Positions 41,310 through 55,089 of a DNA stretch of 64,000 nucleotides are shown here, piece by piece (the stretch's first letter is position 1; the number at the start of each line of letters is the position of its first letter). The stretch is from Camelus ferus (taxonomy: Eukaryota): positions 32,366,001 through 32,430,000 of the forward strand of contig NC_045696.1 of the NCBI RefSeq assembly GCF_009834535.1. The letters run 5' to 3'. The translations under genes and the position numbers were made by a program. The notes under the pieces were generated by a model that did no database searches, was not told where the DNA came from, and worked only from the letters and a program-made list of their open reading frames with translations.

Positions 41310-42590
41310 AAAGAAAGAACTATAGATATAAGTATGTATGTGTGTGTGGGTGTGCATATGTCTTCTCCCCTGAGAGGGCTTGGGAGCAGAGATACCCCAG
41401 TAGCAAAAAGCAACATCTAACACCCAGATCTTGGTTTCTTTGCGGGGAAATTACTTATTCTAAAGCTGGAACAGGAAAAGTACGAAAGGTGCCTAGAACA
41501 TAATGTTGTGTCAGAAATTAAGGAAGGACTCAATGAATGACAAGCCCACACTGCCAAGTAAAGGATAATTTGAGCATCAAAATAAATAATGGATGTGATA
41601 GATTAAGACATCTTGAATAAAATAAGAATCCCTGAATCCATACTGATGTAACTAAATAAATGAATGAACCCTTTGGGAGAAGAGAAAGCTTTCTTATAGG
41701 GAAGTACCAGCTAATGAATGCAGATGGAATTAGAAAAACACCACTTGGTAACCAGGATGGTAAGGATTCAGTCAGAACTCATCAGCAGATGCAACAATTA
41801 GTGGGTGGAAGTTTTATGAAGACTAGATAAATCATATAATTTCAGTGGCTCTTCCTCTCAAAATATTTATTAATTACAAAGGGATAAGGAGTATACCTTT
41901 GCACCTTTTGGGGGGAACTCTGGAGCACAACACCTTTAAAAAGTGATCAAAGTTACCATCTCCAGTAATAGGAAGAATCAAACGCATGCACCACCTATAG
42001 CATGCAACGAAAATACAGCCTGCCTCCTGTGGCATTTCTGTCCAAATGCTTAACCTGAATCTAATCATATGGGAATACCAACAAACCCAAAATGGAAGGG
42101 CTTTCTACAAAGTAGCCTTTAATTATTTAAAAAAAAAAAATGCCAGTCATGAAAGTAAAGAAAAAATTGAGGAACTGTTTGGGATTGAAGGAAACCTAGG
42201 AGGCATAACAACTAAATGCCGAGTGTGACTGGTTTGGATCTATCTGCTGTAAAGAGAATCACTGGACAATTAATACAAATTAATTTGTTCTATGAATTGG
42301 ACCATGTGTAAACATCAATTTCCTGATTTTGATTGTTGGACTGTGGTTTTTTACAGGATTGCCCTTATTCATAGAAAATATGTACTGTAGTATTCAGGAT
42401 AATATCAACTTTTTCAGAGAAAATAATATGTATACATTTATATATACAGCAAAAATTATAAAGCAACTAGTATAAAATGTCCACAATTGGGGAATCTGGA
42501 TGAAAGTCATATGGAAGTCCTTTCCATTGGTCTTATCACTTTGCTGTATACTTGAGATTATTTCATAAAAAAAAAAAGTTAAAAAAAAGT
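41310..42590 (+). mobile_element. L1MC3/L1MD-like long 3' UTR
   Basis: 'gagagggcttgggagcagagataccccagtagcaa...acacccagatcttggtttct', 'gataatttgagcatcaaaataaataatg', 'aacctgaatctaatcat', 'acaactaaatgc', ending 'ttgagattatttcataaaaaaaaaaagtt'. Confidence 0.85.
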
Positions 42591-43606
42591 AATCATGGAA
42601 TCAAGTCATAGAGAAGATATTTCAGCCGACTACGCAAAAAACCAAATTGAGTTTAAAGGAAACACAGCTATAATTTAAATCTACACTTAAATTAAGGTGT
42701 TGAACACTTTATTAAAACTGTCTTAGTTTCCCTGATAAGTTGCCATGAAAATTTCACACCACCATTTGAATTCGTTTTAAATAACTTCCTATAGAGAATA
42801 AAGTAGACAAATAGATCTGCTACTGTGTTACTTTGAAATTTTCACAGGAGAAGGACACTCTGCTTATAAGATGAAACACTTTTTTTTCTTTGTTTATATC
42901 CACTTCAGGCAATATGCAAACACACATATTTTTCAATAAAAACTTTGAATGGCCCAGGTGGCAAGACGCATGATAATGATTCTCGGTCAGATAAAAGTCA
43001 CTTGTAGTTTGTTCTGTTATCTATAGTGAAATGGTTGTCATAAAGCACTTTTTTTTTGAATAACAACAATAATATTGAGGAAGGGTAGTGGGATCCTAGT
43101 TACTCCTCCTACATTTAATTTTGGGGAAAAAATTACACATATTCACTATTGGTTGTCATCTAACAGTGGGAAAAGGGTAGGTCCTGGGAAATGACACAAT
43201 AATACACACAAATTTTTAAGTTCTTCAAAAACTTTTTATATTAAAAAACACAAAGTGTGTGTTCATTTTTCCAACTCCTGTCAGTTCCATATTGTGGGCT
43301 ATTAAAGCCACTACTCAAACTAAATTTGAAATTAAATAGTATCAATATTTTACCACTAGAGAGAAATAACTTAAACCAGGACCCAGATTATTTATACTGT
43401 GTATAATTTAAAGCTTAGCAAAAACAGGAGGAAAGTGATATAATTTGTCTATAAGCTAGAGGTAATATTTAGTCATTTTCCTTATTAAGGAATAACAGTA
43501 ATTTGGGGCATAATCTTTTTAAAATTCCATTAAGAAATTAAGAGAAGCAAACTATCTTAACAAAAAATAAGATCAAGTAGCTAGTTTTTCAGGACAGTAC
43601 CATAAC

Positions 43607-43700
43607 TTTTTTTCTCTTTTTTTTTAATTGAAGTATAGTCAGTTTACAATATTGTGTCAATTTCTGGTGTTTCAGTCATACGTGCACATACATATATTTA
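43607..43700 (-). mobile_element. Short lineage-specific L1 3' tail
   Basis: poly(T) followed by 'aattgaagtatagtcagtttacaatattgtgtcaatttctggtgt', the reverse complement of the L1 end type seen at 25560-25620. Confidence 0.85.
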
Positions 43701-44659
43701 TTTACCTTTGTAATATTTATTCTGTTTAACACATTGGGTATGGCGATAGTGTGTGACAATACAACAAATACATCTATTCAAACTCTCACAGTCCAAGTTT
43801 TGTCTAGAATTTGTTTTAAATACATCCTATTTTAGAATAGGAAAAATTACTCATTTTGAAGTGTCTAAAAAATTTCAGTTCTTAAACTGTTTTACTACAA
43901 AAGCCTTTCCTGAAGTAGTTTCTGGGAAGCGGGCTGAGACATGGGAGGATATTGTGAGATTTAATAAAATTTTACATTAGAGGAGTGAGAATTAGCAAGG
44001 TTGACTGTACATGTCAACATTTCAAACTTTCAGAAAAGTATATAATACCACATTCAGGTAACTTTCAGATACCAGGGAAAATTGATTTTATGTCATAAAA
44101 ATGTATGCTTCTGAGTTGAAAGGATGTGCCACTTTTAAAGGCTTAAATTTTTATTTTACATTAAGTATACCAGAATCTTTTACATGAGCACAAAAGCCAT
44201 TTATGTTTCAAAAACGCAATTGTATTCTTAGAACCACATATGCGTGTGTGCCCCCCCAACACACATCAATTGGTAGTGAAGAAAGGTCCTCTGCATAAAA
44301 TAGGTGGCTGTAAATGGTATAATTTAAGGTACATCCAAGCCCTTATTTACCCTGTTTTATTAAGACACCACTTTATTGCATTGCTTGTGTCAGATTAATC
44401 TATTTAAATTCTTAAAAATGAAGTGCAAATATCGTATTTAGGTGATATAAATTCTAGGCCATTAAGAACCTTGGCCAGTATTTTTCAGTTGTCATAATCA
44501 ACCAATGAGCCAGGCTTTCTGCCAATATGACACAGAATGGAAAGGTTTGCGGTGAGGGAGTTGGGGAGCAGAGTTCAGGCAGGACACTGAGCTTGACAGG
44601 GAGAGGGCTTCCAAGTGAAGCTTTAGGCTGAGCAGGATACTGTAAACGCTGTTTGCTAC

Positions 44660-44850
44660 ATCATTTTCATCTACTATCTTTAATGCTTACAACAAGATTG
44701 GAAATGTTATTACCCACATTTTAAAAATGCAGAGACTGAAAAACAAGGTAAAATAAATAGTCCAATGTTATACGGAGATAAAGTGGCCATGCTAGGATTC
44801 AAACTCAAAATTGTATTCTTCTACAGTTCATGCCGTTTGACTAAGTCGTG
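44660..44850 (-). mobile_element. MIR SINE
   Basis: 'tttaatgcttacaacaa...ttattacccacatttta...gagactga...aagtggc...gctaggattcaaactca'. Confidence 0.65.
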
Positions 44851-45599
44851 CTTCAATAAGCAGACGTGGGTCCCCATGTGCACAGGGAGAAAGCTCGCTG
44901 TCAAAACTGAGTAGAGATGTTGGATAAAGGCTACTGGAGCAAGGACTATAAACTCCAAATCTTTCTAAGACAGTTCCAAATCTTAACTCCATTATTTCCT
45001 GGTGCTTTAAAATTATATAAAAATCCTAACTACTATATTGCAATGACTGTCGTACTGATCTACTAAGTGTGCCCTAGGCTGTAGGGCACGGACACCTCTA
45101 CCCGCAGGCCCAGGTCCAGAGGAGTTATGAAGCCTGGAAATAGATGAGGATCTTTTACTGTGAAAATGAGAAAGCATTTCCCTCTGTATCTTCAAGACCA
45201 TTTCCTTCCAGGGAGTTACCTCTAAGTCAGGATGTTGTCAGGCAAGGTTATAAACTAAGGAAAGCAGACATCAGGTTCTACTGGCTTCCGCTTCTAATGA
45301 ATCCTTGTCATCTTTTAGCCTTTCCTAACATCTTCAGCTTCTTTTTCCTACATCCCGCTATCTCCTCTGTATGTATCATGTTGTTACCAGCTGTGCTGCA
45401 GGCCCCAACCAACTGCAGAAGTGCCCTGTTCCCCTTGTTCTCTCTAATGTTGTCAGAAGTGATGAGTTTTGTCCCCATTCACTCTGAGATCTGCCTTCTC
45501 TGTCTTGATTTACGCTAGCTCAATTGTTAACAACTAGTCTTTTACCAAATAGTGTGAATTAGTTTAAATTTGAAGTTCTCTGTTAATTGATTTTATTTA

Positions 45600-46132
45600 T
45601 TAATAGTCACGGTTCTCCAGAAAAATAAAACCAACAGAAGGTGTATATATATCCATATTTATATATCCATGTATATATATGGAGGGAGCGAGGAGAAGCG
45701 AGAGAAAGAGAGAGGGAGAGAGAGCACTTTATTTTAAGGAATTAGCTCACACAATCATGGGGGCTGGTGAGTTGGCAAGCTGGAGAACCAGGAGATCTGA
45801 TGATGTAGTTCCAGTACAAAGATCAGCAGGTTCAAGACCCAGGAAAGCTGATGTTTTAGTTTAGTCAGAAGGCAGAAAAAAGCCCACATCTCACTCTAAA
45901 GGTCATTAGACAGAAAGTATTCTGTTATTCAGGCTTTTTTTTAATATTCAGGCTTTCAACTGGTAGGATGAGATTTACCCTTATTATGGAGGGCACTTTG
46001 CTTAACTCAGTCAACCAATTTAAATGTTAATCTCATCCAAGTCACCCTCACAGAAATACCGAGAATTATGTTTGACCCAATATCTGGGCATCACATGGCC
46101 CAGTTAAGTGACAAGTAAAATTAACCATCACA
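45600..46132 (-). mobile_element. MLT2B-like ERVL solo LTR
   Basis: 'ggttctccagaaaaataaaaccaacag...ttattttaaggaattagctcacacaatcatgggggctgg...aatgttaatctcatccaa...caccctcacagaaa...taaaattaaccatcaca'. Confidence 0.92.
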
Positions 46133-49100
46133 TCTTAGCACAGGAAATCCATGTAAGCCTCTAGGGATATCAGCTTTTAGTAGTGAAGTTGCTTTCCAAT
46201 GAGCATCTTTAAATACAGTAAGACAAAATGTACACTCAGAGGTCCATCCTACTTTATGAATTGCTGGTCAAGTGTTTGACCCTGTGTGTATGACAATAAG
46301 CCCTGTGAAATATTTAGATACCAACAAGCTCAGTTAGAATTAGGCAATCAGAGGTTAAAGGATGAGAGTTTTACCTATAAACTTGAAAAATGACTAGGTC
46401 TTATTAATACAAAAATTTGTGAAAAGATTTAACCCTACTCAAGAGAGAGTATTTTAAATAGATTTTCAAATACTCTATTTCTTTGTAAATAATATAATTT
46501 TATACATACAGAAAAATACTTTCTTATTCTTCCAATATACTTCAGTATCTTTCTTCAACTGATTTGATTCAAAGACAGAGAATACAAAGAAAAAAACACT
46601 TGCCCTATTACACACATGCTAGTATTTGCTGTGATAACAAGAGTCATTCAATGTCCTTTTTTATAATCATAATTTTCTGTGTAATCTTGCATTTTCAGAG
46701 CTACCTACTATGGACTCTGTTCTGGACATCTCTGTCAAGACATTTGTAATGCAATCATTACCTACACTGTCCTAAATGGCATCTTTTATCTCCTATTCAG
46801 AGATTTCAATTGCTCTTTTAAGCGTCTAGAGATTGTTTTCTCTTCACACAGCCTCTCAGCATTTATTAAGGTTCAGCGTCCAGAGATTTAACCATAAATG
46901 AAACAGTTAAATGGAATGAAGTTGTCTTCTTGCCAACACCAATCTTTTCTGTTTCTTAACGTGTTTGCATGTGAACCTGGGTACAGCTGAAACTAGCTTC
47001 ACTGATGTTTATCCTGGGTGTTTATTTTTAAAGCCTCGCTCCTTCTCATTGCCTCCTCTTCCCTTTTCTGTCTTCTTCCACAATCTATGTTTACTTTCAG
47101 CACTGAACAGGGGAAAAGAAATGTTCCTATAAGTTCCTCAGAATGACTGTCTTTTAGTTTTCTTTCTTTGATTGCTTTTGTTTTTGGCTGAGGACAAACA
47201 AGTGTCCACTTGAATATACAACCTAAGTTGAATATGTCAAAAGCTTACTCCTTAAATATCACCAATGCAACTTGTTGATAAGAAGATAAGACAAAAGTGG
47301 TGAGGGAGAACACAAAACAGAACGAAACCTAGATAGTAGATAGTGTCTTAGAGTTGGGGAAGATAAGGTCAGAATTTATTGAAAATTGGACATTTCCAAA
47401 AAATGTTTGTTTCAAACAAAAATTGAACAGTCAAACCCTTTGCCTGGGCAGAAGACTCTGGAAGAATAAAGTCAAGATAACTAAGACAGGAGATTAGCAC
47501 AAAATCATGTTAATGTTGACAGTAAGATGTGGTTTCAGTTCTTATGTCTGGGCTGAGTATGAGACTAGAAGATTTGGTTCTCAAGTGGTATCCAGTAAAT
47601 GCTTTCATACCTCTGCTATATGAATTTGTTTCATATCCAAAATGACTACAAATTATGTTCATGTCAATGTAATTTCCTTTCAAAACAAAGTACATGTCTA
47701 ATAATGAGGCCACTTTTGAAATCAGTATTCACAAAATCAAATATGTAACCTATCCTTCTTTTTGATAAGATTGTCATTTTCCTTCATACTTTGCTTTATT
47801 CCTAGTTTACTTCACAACCCCCAACAGCCAGGTTTTTTTTGCATCTTTCCTTAATATACTTCTACTCAATTATCTTCCCCCCAAACTTCTTACTCTTTTA
47901 TTTTCTCATTCCTAACAACACTGAATTAACCTTTATGTAGTATCTATCTATCACTTATTCAGTTACATCATTCAGAAGTTCAAAAATACTGTGCATTTAA
48001 TATAAATTAGAGTCTGAACGTGGAAAGGGGAGTCTGCTGTATTTGTACCCTCACAGAGTATTCACTTCAGCAGGGAGGCAAGACTGTACCCATTCTCTGG
48101 GACAAGAAAGTTTGGGTTATTAGCAAGGGAAAATGGGAAAGGGGGAATAGATAATTTTCCCACTTCATGGAAGAGGTGGCTTCTTGTTTTGAAAGATGGG
48201 TTGATGTTTCCCTATGGGACAAGGAGCGACTTAAAACAAGGGTATTTACTTGAAGCATGAGTTAGTGTGGAAAGAATGTTGCAATATTTTGCATGTAGCT
48301 ATGATCAAATGGAAAATATTTTCAAAGAACAAGGAAAATTTTTTTTCTCAAAAAATCATTTTTTAAAGGCAAAGCTAAGTTATGCTGAAGTGAGTATTTG
48401 ATGTAATAGACTGTTTCTACCTTTTCATGTTTATCACTCAGTACATTTCTCAGAAGAGTGTGTGAACATTTGATACATACATGCATTAAATCTATTGATT
48501 ATTTGATGAATCATATTCCAGCTGCTTACTCAAATAAAATATTTCTAAATTTGGCATGATTGAACTAAGAAAAAGGATTATCTTTGCCAAGTTAAAGAGT
48601 TTTTGATTGAACTTAAGAGGTGTTCCTACCAGCTGGTGTTGCTTACCACAGTGGAGGAAAATGTTTCATATTTTAGAATTAGCATGTGCTCTGTTCAGGC
48701 AAGGACATCAGAATGATATCACATCAGAATAGGCATAACTTATAGGTAAAGGCAAAACTGGTTCTTCTTCAGGTTGTTGAAGGGGCGTATATTGGTAAAA
48801 AAATAGTAAAGTCTTGCTGCACTTTTCTTCCTATTCTCTCTATTTTTCCATCAGCCACGTTCCACTTTGTCCCTCAGGTGACCTTGAGTATTTAACCACC
48901 TGCTCATTTGATCAGGGCACACACAGACTCTGAAAAGCTGCCCAGGGAAGACCTGACAGGAGCATCCTTCCCACATTTGTAAAGTTTACTGCACAGGCTG
49001 AGGGAATGCAGGAATTGCTCAGCTGGCAAGTATGTCTAGTCCTGAAAACTTGGGAAAGTGCTTCTAAGTGAGCTAACGCGTTCAAGGCCTGACGCTGGCT

Positions 49101-51601
49101 GTATTTGAGTGGCGCCATTTAAAATGCGATTTAGAATATCGTTCTCTCGGGTGGGATTATTTTTTCAAGAGAGACTGTATGAAAATTGTGGAGACAGTTT
49201 TGCCTAGCTTGTGGGTCACTGATTTCCTTGCATATTTACTGTTAGAAAAATAGTGGAAAGATTGTGCGTGCGTGCATGTATTTATGTAATTTGTATATCC
49301 TAAAATTTGTATCATGGTAGTTTTTAGAAATACTGCATAAGCTATATCTCAAAGTTGACTTTGATTATCTGCTTAAACACATAAAGCAGATACAAGTGTA
49401 TGACTTTTTATCCCTTGATATAAAAGTACATGTAACTCCCATATTTGACTGTATAATTTGAATGGTTCTTGACAGGTTAGGAATTAAAGCACTATAGGAC
49501 ATCTAATAATGATACGTCTGGTATATCCAAGATAACTTTATAGAATTTATGCAAATTGATTAAGTGTTATCATTTTCTGTATTATGAAAATAACACCTGA
49601 AGGCAAACCCATTTAGAAAACAACAGCGTCTACTTCTTTTTAAGTTGTGAGTCTGACTTTAGTAGAACTGTCTTGCCAAGTAAAATGTAAGAAAATAACT
49701 GCAAGATTATTTAAGCTAACAAGTTTGCATTCATATGTTAATGGTGGAAACATCAAATTTCATGTATGGTTATCACATTTTAAAGTCAGGGATACATGTG
49801 GTTTTAATTGAGGATTCAAGCTTAAAAGTTCACCTCACAGTTTTATTCATTTGGGGAATCAGCGCTGACTTGATTAATTTTTGTTTTTCTCAGAGTTTCA
49901 TAGGTGTTGATCTTGTTGTTGTGGTTTTCTTACTTCCTGATTTAGAAGGTGACATACAGACTCACAATGGCAGGAGGGTAACATGCTAATTTTGCTTCCA
50001 TACTATCTAGACTCCCCATCCCCCCCAAAAAAGAGGCTTTTTGATATTTATAATTTTGTGATGTAAAAAGAAAAATCACCTTTTGTCTAAAATGACTGAC
50101 CATGTCAAATCCAACTTAGCTTTTCAAATAATGCTGTATTCTCTGGACCAACTGCATCCATGTGGTTCGGGTTAGTAATACACTTGAATTGTTCTTCCTC
50201 AAAGGGACAGACAGTGTGCTATGCTGCTGCTCACAGAGTCATGCTAAGCTTTACAGAAATTTTAATTTAGTACCACTGAGTCCTTAAATAGAAGTTTTTT
50301 TAAGACAGTCTACACCGAGTTTTGTTGTTTTTTTTTAACACATATGAGTTCTTGAACATTTCTCTCTCCACAGTGAACATTTTCCACTTGATCTTCTCTA
50401 GAGTGTGTGCTAATCTAGTCTTAGGGATCTTCTAATAAAATAATTTGTTCTGTCTATTATTTTTTTCTAGATAATAGTGTTTTAATATATTTGCTTATTT
50501 TTTATGCTTTAAAGAATTGAGGAGACAAGGTATGTTCCATGGACTAGAAGAATTCCAAAGTTCAGTCTTTCCTTAGCAAACTCGAAGTCAGTGGCTTTTA
50601 TAACTGAGAAGAAACATGCAATAGGAGTCCACTGTATTAGAACCCTTCAGGAAAGAATCCCAGTTATGCAGTCACCTACCTCTGAATTGCATTGTAGGAA
50701 ACTTTATAAAAATGACAATTGTCTCTATAATTTTTATGTTTCCTTCATCTCTGTTCTTGTCCCTTCAACTTCATCTCTCACTCCTCCCTTCGCATATAAA
50801 TGAGCATAGTTTCAGAGCTTCAAGGAAATAGTTTTGTCCTTTGTTTTTCAGCTTAATGAATTCTATTTGGTTTTTTGGCATCAAGTATTTTTTTCAATGT
50901 TATTTTATCATAGTGAGTCATTATTTAGGACTTTTTGGTTTCTTTTTCCTTAGATCTTTTTTTCCCCCTAGGTTACACTCATTTCAAAATATCTTTGGCC
51001 ATAATATTTCTATGTAATTTGATTTGTATGTCAAAGTAAAGCATCTTCATTAGATATCTTTCTTGCTTATTTTTTTCTTTATACACAATTTTTTAAAAAT
51101 TCTATTTGCAAATCAGTGCATTAGAAATTAGTGAAGGATTAAGCAATAAATCACTTATCCTGTTTTATAATAATTGGAGTATTTGAATTATACAAATAAA
51201 AATGTTCACTTTGTTTCAAAGAAAAGTGAGAATATTTAACTTTTCATTTCAATAAACATTAAATTAGTTTAGGCTCTAAGAAGAGAGATGATTATGCATA
51301 ACCACATGTGTACATTTTTCTTAATTAAATCTAAGTACAAATATTATCCTTTACTTTCCAATGTGATATTTTAGAAGGAGACCATGAATCAGGAATAAAA
51401 CAGATTTACAGAATTGGGCATATCAACTTTTAAAATATGTCTTTATTTGTAACCAACTATGTGATATAATGAAAAGAGGTTTTTATTTTTAGGTAGAATG
51501 GCATATAATAATTAATTCTCTAGTGGCTAAATTAATCAATATTTGGAAAATGTTTGATTCATATATGAAATTTTAGACAAATAGTTATTCTTTTTTCAAA
51601 A

Positions 51602-52057
51602 TGTTACCAAACTCAAGTTCGTGTGCCTGACGCACTGTGAGGCCAAACAAACCAAAATGTTGGAGTTTGGAGCATTGAAAGGCCAACCAAGGAGAATGGG
51701 GTGGCTCATGTCCAAGAAAACCCCAAACTCCCTGAAGGGTTTCAGCTGAGCATTTTTAAAGGCCCAGTAAGGGAGTGTGGGGTCACATATCAGTTCGTGC
51801 ACAATTCTCTGATTGGTTGATTGAGGTAACAGGGCAATCAACACTATAAATCCCAAGTCACCAGTCAAGGTCTTGGGGCCATGTGCTCATGATCATTAAG
51901 TAGTTAATTTCTTCCATTTGGTGTTGGTATTTAGCATCTGAGAAACTCAGAATATATATAGGAGATACTATTATCTGGATGCTTCAGAGAGGAGCTACAG
52001 CAGAGGATATGGGGGGAGTCTCTTCCAGGAAGTCCTGCAGAGTCCTACTCAGTGACA
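51602..52057 (-). mobile_element. ERV1-like solo LTR of a type found in artiodactyls
   Basis: TG...CA termini (tgttac / gtgaca), 4-bp flanking AAAA duplication, CCAAT on the minus strand ('ctgattggttg'), GC higher than flanks. Subfamily not named. Confidence 0.8.
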
Positions 52058-52319
52058 AAAATATATCAAACAAAAGTACAGTCTATTGCACAGGTGAAAA
52101 AATAAGTATGTGTACATGGTTTTGTGTGCACATGTGTATTTTACATACATATGTCATTGTATAAAAAATACCAAACAGAGTGAGAAAGGCAAGCCCATTT
52201 TTTTGTTAAATTCAGAAATGTTAAACCGACTTTGTAGATTCTTGACCTCAGACAAATTGGACTAGTTTCTTTCAGTATAATTTAATAAGAAATTTTATTC
52301 AGGCTTTTAAAAAATGTGT

Positions 52320-52610
52320 TTTATTTAATAAGAGTTTATTGAGTATTTACTATGTGCCAAGTACTATCCTGAGTGCAGAAACAAAGCAATTAAAGTTCAC
52401 ATTACTCAAGAAACTTGAACTGTAGCAGGTATGTAGATGATAAAACATGGTAAGTGAGTCACATATGTAGTATAGTGATTGTGGTAAGAGGTAAAGAGGG
52501 AATAGAACAGGGAAAGGTGGAGTTGTAATATAATGCAGAGTGGCTTTTGAATAAAGCCATGTGGTAACAGAGGAAAGTATTTCAACAAGTGGTAAGACCC
52601 AAGGAAAGAG
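52320..52610 (-). mobile_element. L2 3' end
   Basis: 'tttattgagtatttactatgtgccaagtactatcctgagtgc'. Confidence 0.75.
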
Positions 52611-54294
52611 TGGGTCTATTGTTTTTGAGAAACAGTGAAAGGGCTGCTGTGGTTTATACAGAAGGGAAACAGAGAGCTAGTTATTAATTTACCCAACTTG
52701 CTCTGGACAAACTGGACAACTGCTGCCCAAGTTCCATTTTTGTCATAACATGAGTTGGAAATAAGACATCTGGTCCAAAAAAAAAAAAAAAAAAAAAGAG
52801 TCAAGGCTAAACCTAAGTGGAGGTATGAGTGCTGTAATCCACTGAATAGGTCATTTTCAAAGCATGTTCTAAATAAAGAATTCATTCTAATACTGTGGAA
52901 CATGTCTTATATGGAAAAATAAATGGTTATTAAGTCAGAATTTGAATAGATTCTCTGCCAACCCTCAACAACAATCTATATAGTGGGTAGGTAGATATAT
53001 TATCAGAATATTTCAACAGAAGATACAGCAAGAGCAAGCTAGATAGGAGTGTTCTAGGGCCACAGTGTTCAGGGATGTCTTCCTCTGCAACCAATTGAAT
53101 TCTACAATCAGTCTTGAGGAATGATTGAGAATTAGCATGGAGAAGAGCATAAGGAAAAAAAATACTAAGGGGTGGTAGAGAAAGAGCTGTGGTGTGATGG
53201 AGCAGAGCACCCCCTATCAACTGAGAAACCATCAGGGTGGTTGGTACCCAGAGCTCCAGGAGACAGTGAAGAGCAGATGGAGTTAGTCCAGGGCCAGCCC
53301 ACATGCACAGTCTGCAGGCCTGAGAGGGACTCTGGTATTTTGGCAATTGGAAAGTAGAAAAAGATTTTCTGTAGTGGAATAAGATGATGGGATCTGCATT
53401 TTGAAGACCTATAAGATATAAGTTCTTGACTTTTAGTAGCCCACAAGGCATGGGAAAGAGAATTACATACACAATATTCTTTTGCAAGGTGCACTAAGGA
53501 TTCTAGAGCACAGGTAGAAACAGGGCAACTGGGCATGTTCAGATGCTTTAGTTTTCTGTTCAACTTGACATTTGTATTGACTTTTATTTTACAACTGTTA
53601 CATGGAACCCCTACTATTTTATGACGCCTCTGAAAGGGGCATTTGACACAGTGACAGAAAACAATTATTTATAAATACAAAATTAAGCAAAAATGTTGGA
53701 AAATGTTAAATGGTTTCTCCAAGCCAAAATTCTACAAAATTGATTTAAAAATAAACTGAGTCAGAGGATTCATGGTATCAGTGACATTCTACTCTCTGAT
53801 GGCACAGAGTACAGGGATTAGTTAGCACAAGCTTTTCTGTGATTAATGAGGCTATTGGAAAAGGTTTTTTCAATTTTATAATTGCATTGAGATCACTTTA
53901 AATTTTAATATTTTATTCTAGTTTTTTCAACTAAATACTCTGTTTTATTTCACATAGACTTCAACATATTTGGAAAAAATACCCTAAAAATAAGAGTGAG
54001 GTAGTCATTACTGGCTTAATTTTTAAAATATGGTTTGTCAGCACTCTCTATCACTCTCAGTACCAATTTATAGAAATCACAGCCAAACTCGGGGGGAAAA
54101 ATGACTTACTGTAGAAATCAAGTATCACAGAAGGCAAAAAAACGTTTTAATATATGTGTCTCTCTGACTCACCTTTGAATATATATTCCTACTACCTTTC
54201 ACATAATTATTTATATTTCTTCCACCTAACTTTCACCAAATTCTTATTATTGGAATCATTCTTTGGATTCAGACCATCTTTCAAAAGTAAGAAA

Positions 54295-54510
54295 ATTAAC
54301 ATTGATTACTGAGTACCCATTATAGCCTATTATTTTAAACACATAGTGTTTTATTCAGTTATCCCACCAATCTTATTGGGAAGGAATCACTTTACACATA
54401 TTGCAAACGAAAACTCAAATTCTCCAGTATCATGTAGCTGATAAATGGCAAAACTAGAAATTTAACCCTGTCTGTCTTACTCCCATAACTGTTCACCTAT
54501 ATTATAATAC
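54295..54510 (-). mobile_element. MIR SINE
   Basis: 'aacattgattactgagtaccc...tcatgtagctgataaatggcaaaactagaaatttaaccctgtctgtcttactcc'. Confidence 0.55.
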
Positions 54511-54878
54511 CTTCCCAAGAATTATGTTAAAATGCACTCATATTTCAGAGCCTGGAAGGCAGGACAATGCAGGAAAATGCCACGTCTACTCTCCAAAGAG
54601 ATACAGAGTATCAATGGCAAAAAATCCAGTACAGATTGCATTATTTAAAGTTATTAACCACTATCCATAAGGTGAAAAGTGGACTTAAGGAAGCAAGTTA
54701 CATTCAGGAAGACTGACAAGACAGGATGCAAACCAGGATGAGAACTCAGGCTGTACCATCAAATGGAGGAAGGGCAGCCTGACAGAGTGAACTCAGATCT
54801 CTCTGACTTCACAGTAGTTTCTGGGGCCAGTTCTTATCCTTTTACAATTCAAATGCATTTTTAGGGGGTACTGTAGTC

Positions 54879-55089
54879 TAAGGTATCTCAACCTAACACT
54901 GTTGGCATTTTCGTCTAGATTATCCTTTGCTGTGGGAAACTGAACTGTACACTATAGAACATTTAGCAGAATCCCTCGTCTCTACCCACTAGATGCCAGT
55001 GGCAACCCCCCCTCCCCCGACTGTGACAATCAAAAACGTCTGCAAACATGTCCGCTTCAGGAGCCAACTCACCCTCTTGAAAACCATTG
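54879..55089 (-). mobile_element. MER20 (hAT-Charlie), near full length
   Basis: 'tctcaacctaacactgttggcatttt...tttagcagaatccct..tctctacccactagatgccagt...tgtgacaatcaaaaacgtct...ttgaaaaccattg'; flanks ctgtagtc/ctgtaaac. Confidence 0.9.

Noticed and set aside
45069..45089. 8-bp hairpin gtgcccta-ggctg-tagggcac
   Set aside because: Short enough to occur by chance in 64 kb; a bacterial terminator reading is irrelevant here.
52930..53563. Longest ORFs (185 aa and 132 aa, minus strand, overlapping)
   Set aside because: No recognisable domain, overlapping open frames antisense to purine-rich, partly L2-like sequence, and no clear exon structure; most likely chance.
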